Program-made: the position numbers and the translations under genes
Source: a virus
Taxonomy: Duplodnaviria > Caudoviricetes
IMG/VR virus record: IMGVR_UViG_3300048575_000434
Span: 1 to 37,931 of that record
Reading direction: 5' to 3' (one strand)
DNA: 37,931 bases
Notes under the pieces: generated by a model
What the model was told of the DNA's origin: nothing
The model's database searches: none
The model's input: the letters and a program-made list of their open reading frames with translations, nothing else
Shown here: in pieces, positions 33,997 through 37,931 of the stretch
How positions within the stretch are numbered: the stretch's first letter is position 1
Layout: every line of letters begins with the position of its first letter

Positions 33997-35717
33997 GCAT
34001 GCAACCACTCCCCGTCATGCCCCAGGCGCCGCACAGCATCCTGCGCCCGGGCACGTTCAACACAGATTCCGACGCCACCTTCGCGAAGCTGCTGGAGCTG
34101 GTGGAGAAGTACAACGCCAACATCCCCCTGATCGAAGGCGCGGCCCTGTCGGCGCAGAACGCCTTGACCGCATCGGACGCCGCCCTTGCGGCTGCGAATT
34201 TCAAAGGGGAATGGTCTGGCCTGGCAGGCGCTCTGGCCATCCCTGCCAGCGCATCGCACTCCGGCAAAGTGTGGATGCTGCTTTCCAGCGTTGCCGACGT
34301 TGCTGCACACACGCCCGGGGTGTCGCCAAATTGGCTATCACTCACTGCTACGCCCGCCGCCGCTGGTGTTGCCAGCACCGCAACGAGCCAGGTGCTCACC
34401 GCCGACTCGGCATACATGCAGATCACGACACCGGCGGCTCATGGTGTGACGTTCACGCTACCGGATGCGACGACTGTGCAGCAGCTCGGCGCGCCACGGT
34501 TCGCATTTGTGAACCGTGCCGTGAAATACCCCGTAGCCATCCTCAACGCTGCAGGTAAGCGTGTGGCTTGGGCTCCAAGCGGTGGGACAGCTGTGCTCGC
34601 TCTGCAGTCCGATGCCACAGCGGCTGGTGTTTGGGCCGAAATCACCGACTCTGCGGAGCGGGCCGGCGGGGTGGTTGCTGAGGGCGGCTATATGGCTGCT
34701 GTGGACGTGCCTGCTGTGAACGGTGACCCGAGCCCTACTGTTGTCCTTGACAACGGGAACATGGCGCATCTCCACAGGTCTGGTGGTGTGTTGCGGCTTG
34801 CGGTCTATCTACCGGGTCGCGTCAATCCAGCGGCCAATGCGATTGTGAGTTCAACGATTACTGGATACACCGTTGCCTTGTGTGCGCTGTCATCTACCAG
34901 GGTGCTTGCTCTTTTTCAGGGGGGCGCGAATTACCTGAGAGCGCGTGTGGCGGATATCGATGCCTCAACCGGCGCCATCACGCAAGGCGTAGAGCTGAGT
35001 ATCGCGGATGAAAACAATCCGGCAGTTGCTCGCATATCCAGCTCGCAAGTATTGCTGGCAACGCTCACGCCTGCTGGTGTTCTTCAGGTGCGCACGCTGA
35101 ATATTGACGGCGCGGGGAACATTACGGCGAACACGGTGGTAACGGGGTCTTCGTACAGCGCACCGCTGTCACTTGTCGCACTGTCTGCATCCACGTTCCA
35201 CTTATCTGATGCCACCAACGTGCGCAGGATCACCGTGAGCGGGACGGTCCCAACGCTTGGTGCGGCGGTCAGTGCCGCTGGAAGTGTTGTGGGGCTCGTA
35301 TCTGTCAGCAGCACACAAAGCATGATTGTGTTGCAAGGCACGAACCAGTTGTCGGCGCGCCTTGTGACAGACGCGACCCCGGTAACCCTCGGCGCCGCTG
35401 TGACGCTATCGAACCAGTCTGTTACCGCATGGCCTTACACGACAGTTTCCCAGGCCGCACCGGGGGTTGCACTGGTGTTTGCCACCTGCGCAGGCAACAA
35501 CTACTTGAACGCAGGCCCGTGGGCTGCGATGCACATTGGTGTCGCCGCCGGCCAGCCGGTGTTGCTGAAATCCGGCTGGGTTGACCTGCCGAGCCCCCAC
35601 ACTGGCCCGCCGTCGGTCCTGAGCATGTCGTCGGGCATCGGCCTTTTGGCGTTCACCTACACGAATGGCACTAACTCGATGTTCGCATTGCGTACTTTAC
35701 TCACTGTGGAGGCATGA
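33993..35717 (+). CDS. Tail fibre / receptor-binding protein
   Basis: N-terminal ANFKGEWSGL.G anchor-like region and TLPDATT, followed by repeated approximately 45-50 aa beta-blade-like units. Confidence 0.7.
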   Translation: MSMQPLPVMPQAPHSILRPGTFNTDSDATFAKLLELVEKYNANIPLIEGAALSAQNALTASDAALAAANFKGEWSGLAGALAIPASASHSGKVWMLLSSVADVAAHTPGVSPNWLSLTATPAAAGVASTATSQVLTADSAYMQITTPAAHGVTFTLPDATTVQQLGAPRFAFVNRAVKYPVAILNAAGKRVAWAPSGGTAVLALQSDATAAGVWAEITDSAERAGGVVAEGGYMAAVDVPAVNGDPSPTVVLDNGNMAHLHRSGGVLRLAVYLPGRVNPAANAIVSSTITGYTVALCALSSTRVLALFQGGANYLRARVADIDASTGAITQGVELSIADENNPAVARISSSQVLLATLTPAGVLQVRTLNIDGAGNITANTVVTGSSYSAPLSLVALSASTFHLSDATNVRRITVSGTVPTLGAAVSAAGSVVGLVSVSSTQSMIVLQGTNQLSARLVTDATPVTLGAAVTLSNQSVTAWPYTTVSQAAPGVALVFATCAGNNYLNAGPWAAMHIGVAAGQPVLLKSGWVDLPSPHTGPPSVLSMSSGIGLLAFTYTNGTNSMFALRTLLTVEA

Positions 35718-35718
35718 C

Positions 35719-36282
35719 ATGAAAGTGGCATTACACGCCGGATTTTTGGTTGCCAAGGCAGACGCGCTCACGGCCGTTCAGGTGCCTGGAGGCATCGAGC
35801 TGCGGGACGAGAACGACGCCCCGATCACGCTGGTGCCAGACGCCGATGCGGTGCAGATCATCGACGTAGGGACGCCGCCCAAGGGAGACCTTGCGTGGTG
35901 GGGCGAAGTTGTGGTGTTGCAGGGAGGCGACCCCATGCACGCCTGGCGTGGTGGCGAGTGGCAACCACTGCGCGATCCTGCCGCCGCTCAATTCCAGCGC
36001 GACGAGGCGCGCTACCGCCGTCGCGCGGCGGTCAAAGATGAGCTGCTCTCGTTTATGGCTGCAGACAACATGTCCCGAGTGCGCTCCGGAGTCTGGACCG
36101 TTGCCGACTTGACCGGGCTGCTCGCTGACCCAGATGTAGCTGCTGCGACGCAGTTTATGGGCACTCTGAGCTATGAGCTGGCCGCGCAAGCCATCGCATC
36201 GGCCACGACACCACTGCTAACGCCCACCATTCGCGCCGACTGGATCGGCAAGCTGCAGGCCCACTTCTACCTGGAGGGCTGA
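35719..36282 (+). CDS. Hypothetical tail-associated protein (possible fibre chaperone)
   Basis: GGAGG Shine-Dalgarno before ATG 35719; follows the fibre gene. Confidence 0.6.
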   Translation: MKVALHAGFLVAKADALTAVQVPGGIELRDENDAPITLVPDADAVQIIDVGTPPKGDLAWWGEVVVLQGGDPMHAWRGGEWQPLRDPAAAQFQRDEARYRRRAAVKDELLSFMAADNMSRVRSGVWTVADLTGLLADPDVAAATQFMGTLSYELAAQAIASATTPLLTPTIRADWIGKLQAHFYLEG

Positions 36283-36283
36283 C

Positions 36284-36838
36284 ATGCTGCTGGCGTCCTA
36301 CACATCCGTCCGCCCAGGCCTGCAGGGCCTGGCGAACGTCGCTATCTGGCTGCGCACCGGCAGCAAGATCACGCACAGCGAAGTGGTCTTCGAAGCGTAT
36401 GACGGTGTCGATCACCTCATGCCGGACGGAACCTGCCAGCCCGACGCCAGCGGCGCTCTCTGGTGCGCTTCCTCGGTGGCCGCCGAGCGCCTGCCTGTGT
36501 GGTCACCCCGCCGCGCCGGACGCATGGGCGGCGTGCGCTTCAAGCGCATCTGTATCGACCCTGCGAAGTGGGCCGTGGTGCCCTACAAGCGCGATCCATT
36601 GCGCGCCGCCCAGGTATTCAAGGCCCGCGAGGGCGCGGCATACAACTGGACGTTGATCGCGGGCTTCATGGCTTGGATCGTCAATTTGATCTGGCGGCCC
36701 TCTGTCTCGCGCCAGGTGTGCAGCCAGATCAGCGCCGAGGCAGGCGGTGTAGACCCCAAGGAAGCGCATCGTTTCGACCCTGCAACCCTGCATGCGGCTG
36801 TGGCTGCAGAGGACGTAAAGGAGGGTGCTGCGCCCTAA
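36284..36838 (+). CDS. Permuted papain-like (NlpC/P60 YiiX-like) protein
   Basis: His before Cys order: ITHSEVVF...EGAAYNW...VCSQISAEA. Confidence 0.7.
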   Translation: MLLASYTSVRPGLQGLANVAIWLRTGSKITHSEVVFEAYDGVDHLMPDGTCQPDASGALWCASSVAAERLPVWSPRRAGRMGGVRFKRICIDPAKWAVVPYKRDPLRAAQVFKAREGAAYNWTLIAGFMAWIVNLIWRPSVSRQVCSQISAEAGGVDPKEAHRFDPATLHAAVAAEDVKEGAAP

Positions 36839-36950
36839 AAAAAGACGGGCGACCTGGTCAGATGCGCGAACACCTGGCCAAGCCCCTGAATGCAGATCGA
36901 GCCTGCAAGCCGACAAGGCCCGCCACCCTGTACAGAGTGCGGCGAGTCTA
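36837..36950 (-). ncRNA. Candidate antisense RNA over the com-dam leader
   Basis: Minus-strand TAGACT at 36945-36950; imperfect hairpin followed by T7 (A-run 36837-36843). Confidence 0.45.
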
Positions 36951-36982
36951 TCGGAAGTTTCACCCATGGAAACAGGCTTGCA

Positions 36983-37189
36983 ATGGAAGAAATTAGATGC
37001 GGCGCATGCCGCCGCAAGTTGGCAGAGGGCGTATACACCACCCTCACCATCAAGTGCCCCCGCTGCGGGGTTATCAATTCGCTGAGGGCCATGAGCCCCC
37101 CACCAGAGCGCCAGGGAGCGTCGATGAATGGAACAGACCATGACGACACCCATCATTCCCTGGATCGGCGGCAAGCGCCGCCTCGTTGA
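36983..37189 (+). CDS. com: Com-family zinc-finger translational regulator
   Basis: MEEIRCGACRRKLA...IKCPRCGVIN; overlaps the start of the DNA modification gene as in Mu com-mom. Confidence 0.88.
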   Translation: MEEIRCGACRRKLAEGVYTTLTIKCPRCGVINSLRAMSPPPERQGASMNGTDHDDTHHSLDRRQAPPR

Positions 37190-37931
37190 CCTCCTGCTGA
37201 GCAGGTTTCCCCCTCATAGCTGCTACGTCGAGGTGTTCGCAGGCGGCGCTGCCGTGTTCTTCGCCCGGCATCCTGCTGACGTCGAGGTGCTGAACGACGT
37301 CAACGGCGACCTGGTCAACCTCTACCGGGTGGTCACCCACCACCTGGAAGAGTTCGTCCGCCAGTTCAAATGGGCACTCACCAGCCGCCAGGTGTTCAAG
37401 TGGCTGCAGGAAACCCGACCGGACACGCTCACCGACGTGCAGCGCGCGGCCCGGTTCTTCTACCTGCAGCAACAGAGCTTCGGCGGCAAGGTGGCCGGCC
37501 AGACCTTCGGCACCGCCACCACAGCCCCGGCCATCAACCTCCTGCGGATCGAAGAGAACCTGTCGGCCGCGCACCTGCGCATGGCTAGCGGCACCTACAT
37601 CGAGAACCTGGACTGGTCCGCTTGCATCGACCGATATGACCGGCCGCACACGCTGTTCTATCTGGACCCGCCCTACTGGGAAACCGAGGGCTACGGGGTT
37701 CCGTTCCCTTGGGAGCAGTACGTGGCCATGGCCGCCAAGCTACGCGAGATCAAGGGAAAGGCCGTGGTCAGCATCAACGACCATCCGGCGATCAGGGAGT
37801 GCTTCGCGGGCTTTGACATGGAGGCTCTGAAGCTGGACTACACCGTGGGCGGTGGCGCAAACCGGGTTGAGCGTGGGGAGCTGGTGATCTACAGCTGGGA
37901 CCGCAAGGTTGAACCTGCGGGGTTGTTCTGA
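37140..37931 (+). CDS. dam: DNA adenine methyltransferase (Dam/D12 class) at the mom locus
   Basis: IIPWIGGKRRL, YVEVFAGGAAVF, EVLNDVNGDLVN and YLDPPY motifs; start 37140 (alternative 37128). Confidence 0.93.
   Translation: MTTPIIPWIGGKRRLVDLLLSRFPPHSCYVEVFAGGAAVFFARHPADVEVLNDVNGDLVNLYRVVTHHLEEFVRQFKWALTSRQVFKWLQETRPDTLTDVQRAARFFYLQQQSFGGKVAGQTFGTATTAPAINLLRIEENLSAAHLRMASGTYIENLDWSACIDRYDRPHTLFYLDPPYWETEGYGVPFPWEQYVAMAAKLREIKGKAVVSINDHPAIRECFAGFDMEALKLDYTVGGGANRVERGELVIYSWDRKVEPAGLF

Larger units (their letters stand above)
1..37931. mobile_element. Mu-like transposable prophage, B3/BcepMu-type layout with siphovirus-type tail (termini outside the window)
   Basis: Carries DDE transposase, AAA ATPase, Mor, GemA, Ner-like and repressor genes, Mu gp27-gp37-like head cluster, tape measure and com-methylase; early genes run leftward and late genes rightward from a central repressor. 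Confidence 0.97.

Noticed and set aside
33993-37931. Invertible G segment or diversity-generating retroelement for tail fibre variation
   Set aside because: No invertase, reverse transcriptase or duplicated template repeat seen by eye
1-37931. Phage termini (TG...CA), transposase binding sites, target duplication, tRNA genes and CRISPR arrays
   Set aside because: The window starts and ends at stop codons, so the termini are outside it; no tRNA cloverleaf or repeat-spacer array noticed

Overview
The whole window is the coding body of a Mu-like transposable prophage with B3/BcepMu-type organisation and a non-contractile (siphovirus-type) tail. It runs from the stop codon of a Mor-family activator (base 1) to the stop codon of a DNA adenine methylase (base 37931), so the phage ends are not included. 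From 1 to 10885 is a leftward early operon: Ner-like regulator, DUF3102 protein, DDE transposase, MuB-like AAA ATPase, DUF3164 protein, HU, GemA and Mor. A palindromic switch region precedes a rightward XRE repressor and an accessory block (11013-13501: two membrane proteins, a signal-peptide HNH protein, a poly-proline peptide and a SLATT-like 2TM protein). The rightward late genes follow: lysis, terminase, portal, MuF fused to a nuclease-like domain, head, tail and com-dam. The most interesting signals are: (1) a shared beta-arch/amyloid-like motif at the repressor C-terminus and the N-terminus of the adjacent membrane protein; (2) a predicted pseudoknotted antisense sRNA sitting where the immunity gene of the MuF toxin fusion would be; (3) a 22-proline peptide in front of the SLATT-like effector. 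All family assignments come from recognising motifs and gene order by eye; no database searches were run. High GC and gene content suggest a betaproteobacterial host (inference only).
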